Positions 19,824-20,000 of a stretch of DNA of 20,000 bases are shown one piece after another. Below the pieces are notes generated by a model. It searched no databases. It saw nothing but the letters and a program-made list of their open reading frames with translations, and was not told the origin of the DNA. The position numbers were made by a program, and so were the translations under genes. This DNA is from Albugo candida. Its lineage: Eukaryota. The stretch covers positions 109,748 through 129,747 of the forward strand of contig JBDOQK010000074.1 of the NCBI GenBank assembly GCA_040437565.1, written 5' to 3'. The stretch's first letter is position 1; each line of letters opens with the position of its first letter.

Positions 19824-20000
19824 TCCAAATAGGACCAGATTACAAATTCTGTGCTAAAAAAATGGATCTCTGTGTCAATAGGTAAGTTATATTGTATGCT
19901 GATTGTGCTGTCAACAGCCATATTTATCTTACAACCATTCATTGCAGGTGATCTACTCTTAGTGGATTCGGCAGTTTACCTCGCCTGCAAAGCCCAGCTT

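Overview
Eukaryotic, transposon-dense, gene-poor region. The Copia gag/pol motifs suggest an oomycete such as a downy mildew, but this is inference. No intact cellular gene is evident. Contents: (1) three decayed Ty1/Copia LTR retrotransposons. Copia-A (3188-~6760, +) is 3'-truncated. Copia-B (7682-12407, +) is structurally complete, with both LTRs, a half-tRNA-iMet-type PBS, a PPT and an AGATA target-site duplication (TSD). Copia-C (~14900-18265, -) is 5'-truncated. (2) A solo LTR related to Copia-B (2865-3053). (3) A highly structured tRNA-derived SINE with a perfect 15-bp TSD, inserted in the RT of Copia-A. (4) A Mutator/FAR1-type transposase remnant with TIR-like and subterminal repeats near 18.9-19.6 kb. 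(5) Two candidate host-gene relics: a possible degenerate RxLR-like secreted protein (6970-7339, -) and a 41-codon repeat protein (791-1065, -). Three of the five 100-N gaps are flanked by exact duplicates that are probably unmerged contig overlaps. I found no convincing novel biological system. The best leads are the SINE, the effector-like relic and the repeat-protein relic.
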